IMG/VR virus record: IMGVR_UViG_3300009131_000004
Location: 1 to 35,207 of that record
Reading direction: 5' to 3' (one strand)
DNA from: a virus
Taxonomy: Duplodnaviria; Caudoviricetes
DNA length: 35,207 bases
Shown here one piece after another: positions 1 to 8,538 of the stretch (position 1 is its first letter; every line of letters starts with the position of its first letter). The notes beneath the pieces are model-generated. The model was not told where the DNA came from and did not search any database. It worked only from the letters and a program-made list of their open reading frames with translations. A program made the position numbers and the translations under genes.

Positions 1-1
1 C

Positions 2-412
2 GCGCGCCGCCGGCACAACCTCGTGACGAGGCTCAACACGGCCCGCGAGCAAGGGCTCCTGAGCGAGGCCGGCCAGTTCTCGAAGAAGGATGTCGAAGCA
101 GCCGCCAGCGAGATGCTCGCGCAACTCAAGATGGGCCGGCTCACCCGCCAGCACATCGAGATGGAGCAGAAGCAGGACATGGACCGGCTCGCCGGCTGGA
201 AGGTGGTTGCTCCGGCCGAGGGCACCGACCTCCGCGCGAGGATGGAGGCGGTCCAGTACCGGATGACGGTCCGGGCTGCCGCGCTCGAAGCGTTCACCAA
301 GCAGGAACTCACCGCCCTGACCTCGACGACCGGCCATCACCGGGATGTCACCGACCCGATGACTCTGAAGCCGTGGCGGCCCGGTGTCGCTCCGGGGGAC
401 ATGAGGTACTAG
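2..412 (+). CDS. Hypothetical phage protein, probably 5'-truncated
   Basis: Frame is open from the window edge (first GTG at 23) with strong GC3 codon bias; stop TAG lies 3 nt before the next ATG. Confidence 0.6.
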   Translation, partial: ARRRHNLVTRLNTAREQGLLSEAGQFSKKDVEAAASEMLAQLKMGRLTRQHIEMEQKQDMDRLAGWKVVAPAEGTDLRARMEAVQYRMTVRAAALEAFTKQELTALTSTTGHHRDVTDPMTLKPWRPGVAPGDMRY

Positions 413-415
413 ACC

Positions 416-1042
416 ATGCCGCAAGCACCGATGCCGAACTCCGCAGGCCAGCCGCAGCCCGACAACGCCGGAGGTCAGGGGGGCGGGCAGTTCGGCTACC
501 TCCCGCAGGGGAAGCCGGGCGGGGAGATCATCATCTCCCGTGCCGAGGCCGCCGCGCTCACTGCTTTCGAGTCCGACGAGGACGAGAACGAAGGCCTCAC
601 GCGCGCTCGGAAGGAGTCCGGGCTGAGCGCCGACCAGTTGCGCCGGCTGAAGACGCGAGCGGAGAACCTCCGGGGCAAGGGCTACACGCTCAAGAGCGAG
701 CGCACCGTCTTCAAGCCGAAGAACTACGAGCAGCCGGACACCTCGCACGGGCTCATCGGCGACAAGGAACTCGGAGACGACTCGGCAGCCTCCGAGGAGC
801 GCCGGAAGCTCCGCGCCAAGCTCGATGGGGTGAAGGACCCGGAGAAGCGGAAGCAGATCCGTGCCCGCATGGAGGCCCAGAAGAAGCGGGCCGAGACCAT
901 GCAGTCAAAGCCGGCGGCCAAGGCGCGGGAGGCCGGCTCGGTGGGGTCGATGGCGTACCTCACGAAGGGTGCATCCCCCAAGATCCGGAAGCGGCTGGAG
1001 TCGGTCTCGCGCGGTCTCGCACGGTTCAAGCGGAAGGGCTGA
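416..1042 (+). CDS. Hypothetical charged/basic protein
   Basis: 208 aa, phage-like codon usage, GAGG upstream, tight packing with neighbours. Confidence 0.75.
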   Translation: MPQAPMPNSAGQPQPDNAGGQGGGQFGYLPQGKPGGEIIISRAEAAALTAFESDEDENEGLTRARKESGLSADQLRRLKTRAENLRGKGYTLKSERTVFKPKNYEQPDTSHGLIGDKELGDDSAASEERRKLRAKLDGVKDPEKRKQIRARMEAQKKRAETMQSKPAAKAREAGSVGSMAYLTKGASPKIRKRLESVSRGLARFKRKG

Positions 1043-1045
1043 CCG

Positions 1046-1648
1046 ATGGTCATCATCCCTGACGGCGACCCGATCTCCGAGATCGGGTGGACCGACGCCG
1101 CACGGCAGTCCTCCCTCCGGGCACGGCTGTCGGGGGCCTACGCGCGCTCGGTGCCGGACAGCTACAAGGCCAAGCAGGCGGCGAAGAAGGCGAAGGCCTC
1201 CGGCGGCGGGGGCGGAAGTAGCGGCGGAGGCGGCGGGACGCCGAAGAAGACGGCTACGACGACCAACGCGGCCGGCGAGCAGGTCCACTCGTTCAACGAT
1301 GGTGGCAGCGTCACCGTCCACAAGGACGGCAAGGCCACCTACACGCGCGCCGACGGCACGAAGGTCACCGGCACCTACAAGGAGCCGGTCCCCCGCGAGA
1401 AGCGGCCGGCGGGCTTCACGGGCGACGACGATCCATCCGTGGTCAAGAAGAAGGAGCGCGAGCAGGTGGCCGCCCAGAAGAAGGCCGAGCGCGAGCAGGT
1501 GGCCGCTCAACGAAAGAAGGCGCAGGCCGCGCGGGGCTACTACCCCGGTGCCGCCAAGCTCGACAAGGTTCGGGTCTCGCGGACCCGGAAGGGACCCATC
1601 GCCGGGGCCGCGAAGCAGCCCACCACCGGCTCGGTGTCGTCTCGGTAG
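1046..1648 (+). CDS. Basic low-complexity protein with WTDAAR motif (candidate internal head protein)
   Basis: MVIIPDGDPISEIGWTDAAR N-terminus, Gly linker, Lys/Arg-rich body, EREQVAAQ repeat. Confidence 0.75.
   Translation: MVIIPDGDPISEIGWTDAARQSSLRARLSGAYARSVPDSYKAKQAAKKAKASGGGGGSSGGGGGTPKKTATTTNAAGEQVHSFNDGGSVTVHKDGKATYTRADGTKVTGTYKEPVPREKRPAGFTGDDDPSVVKKKEREQVAAQKKAEREQVAAQRKKAQAARGYYPGAAKLDKVRVSRTRKGPIAGAAKQPTTGSVSSR
1454..1506 (+). repeat. 20-nt direct repeat (period 33) encoding EREQVAA twice
   Basis: gagcgcgagcaggtggccgc at 1454-1473 and 1487-1506. Confidence 0.85.
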
Positions 1649-1659
1649 GAGGTACCTGA

Positions 1660-2016
1660 ATGACCGCAGTTGAAGCAGCCATCGTCGAGATCACCGAGAA
1701 GCTCGCCGAGTTCGCGCCTCAGCACGAGGGGCTCCGCGACTTCACTCGGCTCAACCTGAAGGAGGCCACGCAGGCGGAGGTTGCGGCCTCGCTGGCGCTC
1801 TACGACACGCGCGTGGCTCTGCTCCTCGCCGCGAAGGCTGCGTGTGAGGCGCTCATGGCTGACGGCCACCCGGACATCGCGGTGCGGGAGATCTCGGGCG
1901 AGGCCTACGCCGACCTGACCGAGAACGACACCACCGTCCACGCCGCCTACTCGCGGTTTGCATTGGCCCCGGCGGTCAACCTCGTCGTGACCCCCGGAGA
2001 ACCGGAGAACAAGTGA
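1660..2016 (+). CDS. Hypothetical protein
   Basis: Strong SD (AGGAGG) 7 nt upstream of ATG; 118 aa. Confidence 0.8.
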   Translation: MTAVEAAIVEITEKLAEFAPQHEGLRDFTRLNLKEATQAEVAASLALYDTRVALLLAAKAACEALMADGHPDIAVREISGEAYADLTENDTTVHAAYSRFALAPAVNLVVTPGEPENK

Positions 2017-2252
2017 TGCTCTCAGTGGTCTTCCTCAAGACGACGAGCACGGGGCAGGAAGCCGTCGGCCATGCGCTCCTGAGGAAGGGTCGCGTGGTGC
2101 TCGATGTGCCGGACGGGATGCGGGAGACCATCGAGACCGTAGTCGTTGCCGGTCGCCGGCTGACGCCCGTAGACGGGGAGGACTACCTGCGTGCCCTGCC
2201 GGTAGCCTTCTCGGGCAGCTACTTCCGCGCGAGGCTCGACGAAACGTCTTGA
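2013..2252 (+). CDS. Small hypothetical protein
   Basis: GTGA overlap with upstream stop; C-terminal DGEDYLRALPVAFSGSYFRA. Confidence 0.65.
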   Translation: MMLSVVFLKTTSTGQEAVGHALLRKGRVVLDVPDGMRETIETVVVAGRRLTPVDGEDYLRALPVAFSGSYFRARLDETS

Positions 2253-2277
2253 CTTTGAGGCCTCACCGGGCTATACT
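2249..2277 (+). promoter_or_regulatory. Sigma70-type promoter
   Basis: TTGACT (2249-2254), 17-bp spacer, TATACT (2272-2277); near-consensus in high-GC DNA. Confidence 0.85.
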
Positions 2278-2283
2278 CGGTGC

Positions 2284-2369
2284 AGGTCGTAAAGCTCCTG
2301 CCCAACCCGCAGGATGCACACCTCCACAAGCCCGGTCGGTTGGTCACCGACCGGGCGCTTTCTTTTTCT
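2284..2369 (+). ncRNA. Putative ~85-nt leader/small RNA between promoter and terminator
   Basis: Bounded by the consensus promoter and an intrinsic terminator; internal CCTGC/GCAGG pairing. Confidence 0.5.
2330..2369 (+). terminator. Rho-independent terminator
   Basis: Perfect 11-bp stem GCCCGGTCGGT/ACCGACCGGGC, 5-nt loop, followed by GCTTTCTTTTTCT. Confidence 0.9.
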
Positions 2370-2409
2370 ACAGCCTCTTCTACAACTTGTAGTAATCTCC
2401 GTTCCTGCA

Positions 2410-3276
2410 ATGGAGATCCTGCGCTCGACTGACGGCAGCGAGATCGGCATCGTTGCCGCGACGTGGGAACTCAACCCGAAGGTCACCTTCGACAGCCTCG
2501 CCGACGAGTTCAAGCGCAACCCGTCGAAGGCGTGGCGAAACTACGGCTCGGTCATCTCGACCAGCATCGACGCCGCCATCAAGGAGCCAGACGCAGTGCT
2601 CCGGCGCGTCAACCTCGCGCGCCCGAGCCCGTGGGACCTCCGCCTGAACCAGTTCGCCGCGTGGTTCGCGCCGCGCTACGGCACCCGCTACTTCCTCCAC
2701 TTCGACCTCTCGCGCAACCGGGACGCCACCGGGGTGGCCCTCTGCCACCGGGAGAAGAACGGCGTGCTGGTCGTGGACTTCATGCTTCAGCACCGGGCCA
2801 TCGCCGGGAAGAACATCAACTTCGCGGAGCTTCGCGAGCGGTACGTCTACCCGCTCGTGGCCAAGGGCTTCCATCTCCAGTGCGTGAGCTTCGACGGCTT
2901 CCAATCCGATGAGACCCGGCAGGTGCTCGAAGAGCGCGGGCTCCACACCGACCACTGCTCGGCGGACAAGAGCACCGACGCCTACGACACGCTCATCGAG
3001 TACCTCTTCAGCGACAAGCTCGACTTCTACAGCTACCCGGTCTTCACGCAGGAGTTCGAGGAGCTTCGTCTCATCGACGGCAGGAAGTACGACCATCCGA
3101 AGCGGTTCAAGAACGGAGCAATCGGATCGAAGGATGTGGCCGACGCCGTGGCGTGCTCGGGGCTGATGGCCGTCCGCTACGAACTGGAGAACCCGGTGGA
3201 GGCACCGGGCAAGATCAAAGTCTTCCGCTCGAAGGCCATCACCGGCCTCACGTACGGCGAAAGGACGGCATGGTGA
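2410..3276 (+). CDS. terL: Terminase large subunit, C-terminal RNase H-like nuclease domain only
   Basis: TWELNP linker, FLHFDLSRNRDATGVAL, SFDGFQS and DHP..SKDVADAVA acidic motifs; directly upstream of portal; no Walker A/B. ATG 2410 is preferred over 2314, which would read through the terminator. Confidence 0.8.
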   Translation: MEILRSTDGSEIGIVAATWELNPKVTFDSLADEFKRNPSKAWRNYGSVISTSIDAAIKEPDAVLRRVNLARPSPWDLRLNQFAAWFAPRYGTRYFLHFDLSRNRDATGVALCHREKNGVLVVDFMLQHRAIAGKNINFAELRERYVYPLVAKGFHLQCVSFDGFQSDETRQVLEERGLHTDHCSADKSTDAYDTLIEYLFSDKLDFYSYPVFTQEFEELRLIDGRKYDHPKRFKNGAIGSKDVADAVACSGLMAVRYELENPVEAPGKIKVFRSKAITGLTYGERTAW

Positions 3277-3458
3277 GCAACGTCCACCGTCGCGGCTTCG
3301 CCTCGCTGTCCCCTGAACGACGCAAGGAAGTCGCGTCTCGGGGCGGCAAGAAGGCCCACGAGTTACGCAAGGCCCACTGCTGGACATCGGAGTCAGCCTC
3401 GGAGGCAGGCCGCAAGGGTGCGGCGGCGCGGCGGGCTCGCAAGGCGGCTACATCATGA
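3270..3458 (+). CDS. KGG-repeat (stress-induced, GsiB/YciG-like) small protein
   Basis: RRGFASLSPERRKEVASRGGKKAH...WTSESASEAGRKG matches the KGG family signature; AAGGA SD upstream. Confidence 0.8.
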   Translation: MVSNVHRRGFASLSPERRKEVASRGGKKAHELRKAHCWTSESASEAGRKGAAARRARKAATS

Positions 3459-6100
3459 GCATGATCACCGACACGAACGGCGACGCCCACCTGAAGGAGC
3501 TTGCCCGCGTGGCCGAGGCTGCCGCCGCCGAGGACCGGCCGGCAGGCGGGAACCACCTCGCCATCAAGCGGTACAAGTTCGTGGACCCCGACAAGGAGTT
3601 CGACGAGATGGTCCACACCGTCTCGACGAGGTTCGTCGAGGTGGACGCGAAGATGATGGAGCAGCGGGGCCGGGGCTACGAGCAGGTCCACTACCGCAGC
3701 CTCAAGGAGATGATGGCGGCCAAGCCTATCCGCCGTCGCGTGCTCAACGTGCTCTCCGGCTCGCAGCTTCGGGAGATCAACGAGCGGCTCGGTGACTACG
3801 TGTCTGGCCAGAAGGACCTGCGCGAGGCCCGCGCCAAGGGGAAGGCCGAGTTCGAGCGGCTCAAGGAGTCCGGCCGGCTTTCGGAAGCGTCCTCCAGCTT
3901 CTACCTTGGGCTCTACGGGGACGAGGAGCAGTTGTACGGGACGGGGCAGTCGAAGACCGTCTTCAGCTTGCAGGACACCATCCTGCCGGGAACTAGCAGC
4001 CCGCAGAGCAAGCAGCAACTCTTCATCGACTACCTCGACATGCACCGGAAGTCATGGGAGGCCGCGACGCGCAACCCGGTGGGCAAGCGCATCGTGGACA
4101 TCATCCCGCAGTTCGTGCTCGGGCGCGGGGTGATCGGCTCGACCAAGCATCAGGAGGGCCAGAACGCATGGGATGACTTCTGGAAGCGCAACAAGATGCG
4201 CGCGAGGTCCCGCCTGATCCTCAAGGAACTGCTGATCTACGGCGAGGTCTTCCTCCGGTACTTCAAGCAGCGGGACGGGCTCGTGGTCCGCAGCCTCGAC
4301 CCGAGCACGATCTGGGACATCGTGACCAACCCCGACGACATCGAGGACGTGAAGTACTACCATCAGCAGTACAGCATCCTCAACACCTCGCCGGTCCCGT
4401 GGGCCTCGACGACGCTCTTTCCCGGCACGCTCATCATCCGGCAGATCCCGGCCAAGGACATCGACCACTTCAAGATCAACTCGACCTCCTCGGAGAAGCG
4501 GGGCCGGTCGCAGTTGTACGCCATCCTCGGCTGGCTCCTCCGGTTCAAGGAGTTCGCCAACGACCGCGTGCTCCTCAACAAGATGCGCGCGATGTTCGCC
4601 CTCGATGTGGCCGTCAAGGGTGACGCCACCGACGTGGCCACGGCCGAGGCGCAGTTCTCGACGCCGCCCGGACCGGGGGCCGTGATGGTCCACAACGAGG
4701 CCGTCACCGTCGAGTACAAGAACGCGAACAACAACGCCAACGAGGCGAAGACCGACGCGGAGATGATCCTCAAGATCATCGCGGTCGGTGCGGGGGTCAG
4801 CCAGCAGTTCCTTGGGGTCACGGACTCGGCGACGCGGGCCGGCGCGCTCATTCAGACCGAGCCGGACGTGAAGAACTTCGAGATGTATCAGGAAGTCGTC
4901 GAGGACATGCTGATGGACACGTGGGAGCGTGTGAAGGCTTCCAAGGGCGTCCGGCAGTCCACCGTCATGGAGTTCACCTTCCCCGCGCTCGCGCAGGAGG
5001 ACCGCAGCGCGAAGCTCAAGGACATCGCGTTTGCCGAGGCGATGGACTACTTCTCGAAGGAGCGGTCCGGCACGATGGCGGCGCGCGAGTTCAACATCAC
5101 GACCTACAACTTCGAGACCGAGCAGACCAAGATCCGGGCCGAGCGCGGGAAGGATCCGGTCATGGCTCTCGGGATGCAGCAGATGCCGAAGGTCACGGCC
5201 GACCCGGCAGCGATGGGCGAGCAGCCGGGTCTCGGGGGCGACCTCGCGCCGGGCTCCGAGCCCGAGGCCCTCGCCGGCAGCCCGGAGCAGCCGCTCCCCA
5301 AGGGCTTCACGCCCGACAAGGGGCCGGTTACCCAGACGAGCGGGCAGATGGGCTTCTCGGCGAAGCGGCTCTCGGGCCGGGATCTGGCCAACACCAAGGC
5401 CACGCTCAACCGACCCGGCTTCGAGCGCGGGAAGGAGAAGCGGAAGATCAAGACGAACCAGTCGGAGGGCACGCCGTTGCGGGCGACCATGCCGCCCGAG
5501 CCCTACGGGATCCGGCTGCGCGAGACCGGCAACGGTCACGACTACTCGTCCACGCAGATCAACCTGCCGCCCAACGTGGCCACGGAGGTCAAGGCGCTCG
5601 CGGCGGTCATCCCCGACGATGTGCTCGCCGAGGACGGCCGTGAGGACCGGCCGCACGTGACGGTGAAGTACGGCCTGCACGGCAACGACCCGTCAACCAT
5701 CAAGCCGGTACTCGCCAAGCAGCCGCCGGTCGCCTTCGTCCTCGGGAAGACCAAGGTCTTCGAGAAGGACGATTGTGATGTCGTCTACGTCGAGGTCAAG
5801 TCGCCGGGACTCGGCAAGCTGCACAAGGCCGTCTCGGAAGCCCTGCCGAACACCGAGACCTACCCGACCTACGTCCCGCATGTGACGGTCGCCTACGTGA
5901 AGAAGGGGGAGGGGCAGAAGTACGCCGGCAACGCCACGCTCGTGGGCACGAAGGTGGTCGCCAGCGAGGTGCTCTTCTCGCCGAAGGACGGCACGAAGAT
6001 CAACCTCCCGCTCGGCAAGCCGCGCCACGTGTGGACCAAGGAGGCCCGCGCCAAGGCGCTTGAGGTCCGTCGGCAGAACGCGCTCAAGCGGAGGCAGTGA
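3455..6100 (+). CDS. Portal protein with C-terminal 2H phosphoesterase (Acb1-like) fusion
   Basis: Position after TerL; portal core (ELLIYGEVFL, LDPSTIWDIVTNPDD, RGRSQL); Pro/Gly linker; two HxT motifs HVTVKYG (5654) and HVTVAY (5879). Confidence 0.88.
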   Translation: MSMITDTNGDAHLKELARVAEAAAAEDRPAGGNHLAIKRYKFVDPDKEFDEMVHTVSTRFVEVDAKMMEQRGRGYEQVHYRSLKEMMAAKPIRRRVLNVLSGSQLREINERLGDYVSGQKDLREARAKGKAEFERLKESGRLSEASSSFYLGLYGDEEQLYGTGQSKTVFSLQDTILPGTSSPQSKQQLFIDYLDMHRKSWEAATRNPVGKRIVDIIPQFVLGRGVIGSTKHQEGQNAWDDFWKRNKMRARSRLILKELLIYGEVFLRYFKQRDGLVVRSLDPSTIWDIVTNPDDIEDVKYYHQQYSILNTSPVPWASTTLFPGTLIIRQIPAKDIDHFKINSTSSEKRGRSQLYAILGWLLRFKEFANDRVLLNKMRAMFALDVAVKGDATDVATAEAQFSTPPGPGAVMVHNEAVTVEYKNANNNANEAKTDAEMILKIIAVGAGVSQQFLGVTDSATRAGALIQTEPDVKNFEMYQEVVEDMLMDTWERVKASKGVRQSTVMEFTFPALAQEDRSAKLKDIAFAEAMDYFSKERSGTMAAREFNITTYNFETEQTKIRAERGKDPVMALGMQQMPKVTADPAAMGEQPGLGGDLAPGSEPEALAGSPEQPLPKGFTPDKGPVTQTSGQMGFSAKRLSGRDLANTKATLNRPGFERGKEKRKIKTNQSEGTPLRATMPPEPYGIRLRETGNGHDYSSTQINLPPNVATEVKALAAVIPDDVLAEDGREDRPHVTVKYGLHGNDPSTIKPVLAKQPPVAFVLGKTKVFEKDDCDVVYVEVKSPGLGKLHKAVSEALPNTETYPTYVPHVTVAYVKKGEGQKYAGNATLVGTKVVASEVLFSPKDGTKINLPLGKPRHVWTKEARAKALEVRRQNALKRRQ

Positions 6101-6101
6101 G

Positions 6102-6959
6102 ATGGAAGAGCCTCAGCCGCCACCGCTGCTCCAGCAGAGTCTCTACGAGAAGATCGCGGAGCTTCAGCGTCGCGAGTTCGACCTGATGCGACGGATCAAG
6201 GCTCCGTACGAGGCCGTGCTCCGAAGCTGGCGGGATGAACTCGAACGGTCGTTCCTCCGGAACTTCGTCCTGCCGATGGGTCCGGAGGGGCGGCAGCAGG
6301 TGTGGAACCCGGCAGTGGTGGAACCTGTGACCGAGAGCCTCATCGAGCCGCTCGACGAGGCCATCACGGAGGTGGAGGACGACCTGCTCGACGGGCTCGA
6401 AGAGGAGGAAGACGATACGTACGAGTTCGGCCTCCTCTTCGGGCTCTGGGAGTTGTCCCTCGGGGGCGTCGATGTCGAGGACTACGAGATGCCCGAGGAG
6501 GGAAGCTACCGGGACCTCCTGCTCGCCGGGGCGTTCCTCGGCATCCCGCTGGCGGAGCGGCTCCGGGCATGGGGCGACACCTACGTGGACAAGTTCCGCC
6601 GCTCGCTCCGGGGCAGTGTCGTCTCTGGCTCGACCCTACCGTCCACCCTCTCGACCATCGACATCCTCATGAAGGGGCTGCCGGCTCAGGCCGCCTCGCT
6701 CGGGGCCAACGAGATCTTCCGGGCCTTCGTTCAGGGGGAGCGCAGGGTCTTCGAGGACTTCGGTGAGGACTGGCTCTGGGTGACGAGGGCCGACGAGCGG
6801 GTCTGCTCACGGTGCGCGCCGCTGCACATGACCATCACGACGCTCGTCCCGGTGGATGACACGCATCCCGACTGCCGGTGCTCGATTATCCCCGTGCCGG
6901 CGGGCTATACTCCAACGCCATCCTCCTTCGCTGCTTTCGCCCAGAGGTTCACCGCATGA
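6102..6959 (+). CDS. Minor head/head morphogenesis protein (MuF / SPP1 gp7 family)
   Basis: WLWVTRADERVCSRC...HPDCRC signature; follows portal. Confidence 0.85.
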   Translation: MEEPQPPPLLQQSLYEKIAELQRREFDLMRRIKAPYEAVLRSWRDELERSFLRNFVLPMGPEGRQQVWNPAVVEPVTESLIEPLDEAITEVEDDLLDGLEEEEDDTYEFGLLFGLWELSLGGVDVEDYEMPEEGSYRDLLLAGAFLGIPLAERLRAWGDTYVDKFRRSLRGSVVSGSTLPSTLSTIDILMKGLPAQAASLGANEIFRAFVQGERRVFEDFGEDWLWVTRADERVCSRCAPLHMTITTLVPVDDTHPDCRCSIIPVPAGYTPTPSSFAAFAQRFTA

Positions 6960-8059
6960 AGGACCGTCCAGAAGTGCTTTGGCTCCACTCCGACCGGACC
7001 GGGTGTGGAACCTACCGCTGCTACGTGCCGGCACTCACACTTCAGGAGCGCGGTTTCGAGAACAACTTCCTGATGCACGACCAGTGCGTCCCTGCCAACA
7101 GGACCCAGTTGAACGGGATCGACCTCGTGGTCTTTCAGCGGGCGGTCGGGTCGCTCTTCCTCGAATGGGCGAAGGAGTGTCGGGCGAGGGACATCAAGGT
7201 CGTCTTCGAGATGGACGATGACCTCTTCCACATCCCGAAGAACAACCCGGCCTCGTGGTTCTGGCACAAGAAGGCCGTGCAGAAGCTCCTCCGGCAGATG
7301 CTCGATCTCTCAGACTGGATCATCGTCTCGACGCCTCCGTTGCGGGACGCTCTTGCCCACGAGACGGGTCGGAAGGACATCTCAGTCTGCTTCAACCACC
7401 TGCACCCAAGCGTATGGGGACCCGGTGCGGTGGACGATGTGCAGAAGTTCGAGAACTTCGGCAAGACCATCATCGGGTGGCAGGGCAGCAACACGCACGA
7501 CGCCGACTTCAAGGTGGCGCTCCCCGCCCTCGCACGCATCCTCGCTGATTACCCGCACGTGATGATGCGCTTCTTCGGCAACGTGCCTCTGAGCGTGAAG
7601 GGCATCGTCCCTGAGACCCGCTTCCAGTGGGCGCGCGGCGTGCCGTTCGACCGCTACCCGGCGACACTGCGGTTCATGAACTTCGACATCGGCCTCGCGC
7701 CGGTCACGACCGCGAAGTTCAACCAGTCGAAGAGCAACCTGAAGTGGCTGGAGTACTGCTCGCTCGGTGTCCCGTGCGTCGCGGCGAACGTCTTCCCCTA
7801 CGGGAAGACCGGCATCAGGCATGGAGAGACCGGCTTCCTCGCCGAGACGGAGGAGGAGTGGTACACTGCGCTTGCGGCATTGGTCGAGTCGGAGGACCTC
7901 CGCCGGCAGATCGGCGGACGGGCGCGTGACCATGCGTGGGAGAAGTGGGGACCGGATCGGGCGCTCGGGTGGGAGCAGGTCTTCCGCCCGCTGCTTGGTG
8001 TCAAGGTCGAGGAGAGGGTCGATGACCAACCTGCAACCGAACTCACGCAGTCAGCCTGA
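6956..8059 (+). CDS. GT-B (GT4-like) glycosyltransferase
   Basis: GCGTYR..P, VFQR, EMDDDLF, IGWQGS..H..D, DIGLAP..FNQSKSNLKWLEY, HGETGFLA motifs; ATGA overlap. Confidence 0.9.
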   Translation: MKDRPEVLWLHSDRTGCGTYRCYVPALTLQERGFENNFLMHDQCVPANRTQLNGIDLVVFQRAVGSLFLEWAKECRARDIKVVFEMDDDLFHIPKNNPASWFWHKKAVQKLLRQMLDLSDWIIVSTPPLRDALAHETGRKDISVCFNHLHPSVWGPGAVDDVQKFENFGKTIIGWQGSNTHDADFKVALPALARILADYPHVMMRFFGNVPLSVKGIVPETRFQWARGVPFDRYPATLRFMNFDIGLAPVTTAKFNQSKSNLKWLEYCSLGVPCVAANVFPYGKTGIRHGETGFLAETEEEWYTALAALVESEDLRRQIGGRARDHAWEKWGPDRALGWEQVFRPLLGVKVEERVDDQPATELTQSA

Positions 8060-8276
8060 GCAGGCTGCCCCCTTCATCCTCGAACGCCGCTACACGGCCA
8101 AGGACCGGCAAGAGATCCCCGAGCGGACGCCCTCGCGCTTCACCTACAAGGCGCAGCGGTGCCACAAGCACCTTCAGGCCAAGGGCTTCACCGGGGGCGC
8201 GGAGTACGCCATCTGCACCTCCAGCATTGGATACACCGGCAGCTACAAGCCGGGAAGCCGTCGAAAGGGGAAGTGA
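8022..8276 (+). CDS. Small basic hypothetical protein (RC..H...AEYAICT)
   Basis: GGAGAGGG SD before ATG 8022; fills the gap to the next gene. Confidence 0.6.
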   Translation: MTNLQPNSRSQPEQAAPFILERRYTAKDRQEIPERTPSRFTYKAQRCHKHLQAKGFTGGAEYAICTSSIGYTGSYKPGSRRKGK

Positions 8277-8503
8277 TGATCGATCTGACCAAGGTCCTCG
8301 TCATCGCGGCCGACTTGAGGCCGGTCATCGAGAAGTACAAGCAGGCCAACTCCGACGGGAAGATCTCCGTGGAGGAGGGCCTCGGTCTTGCGGTGCCGGC
8401 GCTCGAAGTCCTCGTCAAGCACGAGGTGACCATCGCCGACCTGACCGAACTCGCGAAGGCAATCGGCCCGCTCCTCCCGATGCTCAAGGAACTGTCGAAG
8501 TAG
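8273..8503 (+). CDS. Small hypothetical protein
   Basis: GTGATG start overlaps upstream stop; amphipathic; DGKISVEE motif. Confidence 0.7.
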   Translation: MMIDLTKVLVIAADLRPVIEKYKQANSDGKISVEEGLGLAVPALEVLVKHEVTIADLTELAKAIGPLLPMLKELSK

Positions 8504-8538
8504 ACCTGCGCACCACCCAGACGTAGAGGTCCATCTTT

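Noticed and set aside
2-1042. Small terminase assignment for the first two ORFs
   Set aside because: Position is compatible, but no HTH or other recognisable motif was seen and the first ORF is truncated
2378-2394. TTCTAC-AACTT-GTAG resembles the Cas12a repeat stem (possible RNA anti-CRISPR)
   Set aside because: Lacks the AATT 5' part and the GTAGAT end, is a single short copy, and lies after the terminator; better treated as a DNA palindrome
2314-2409. N-terminal extension of the TerL ORF from ATG 2314
   Set aside because: It runs through the terminator hairpin and U-tract, with atypical codons and no properly spaced SD
8273-8503. Holin call for the small amphipathic ORF
   Set aside because: No uninterrupted transmembrane segment and no adjacent endolysin
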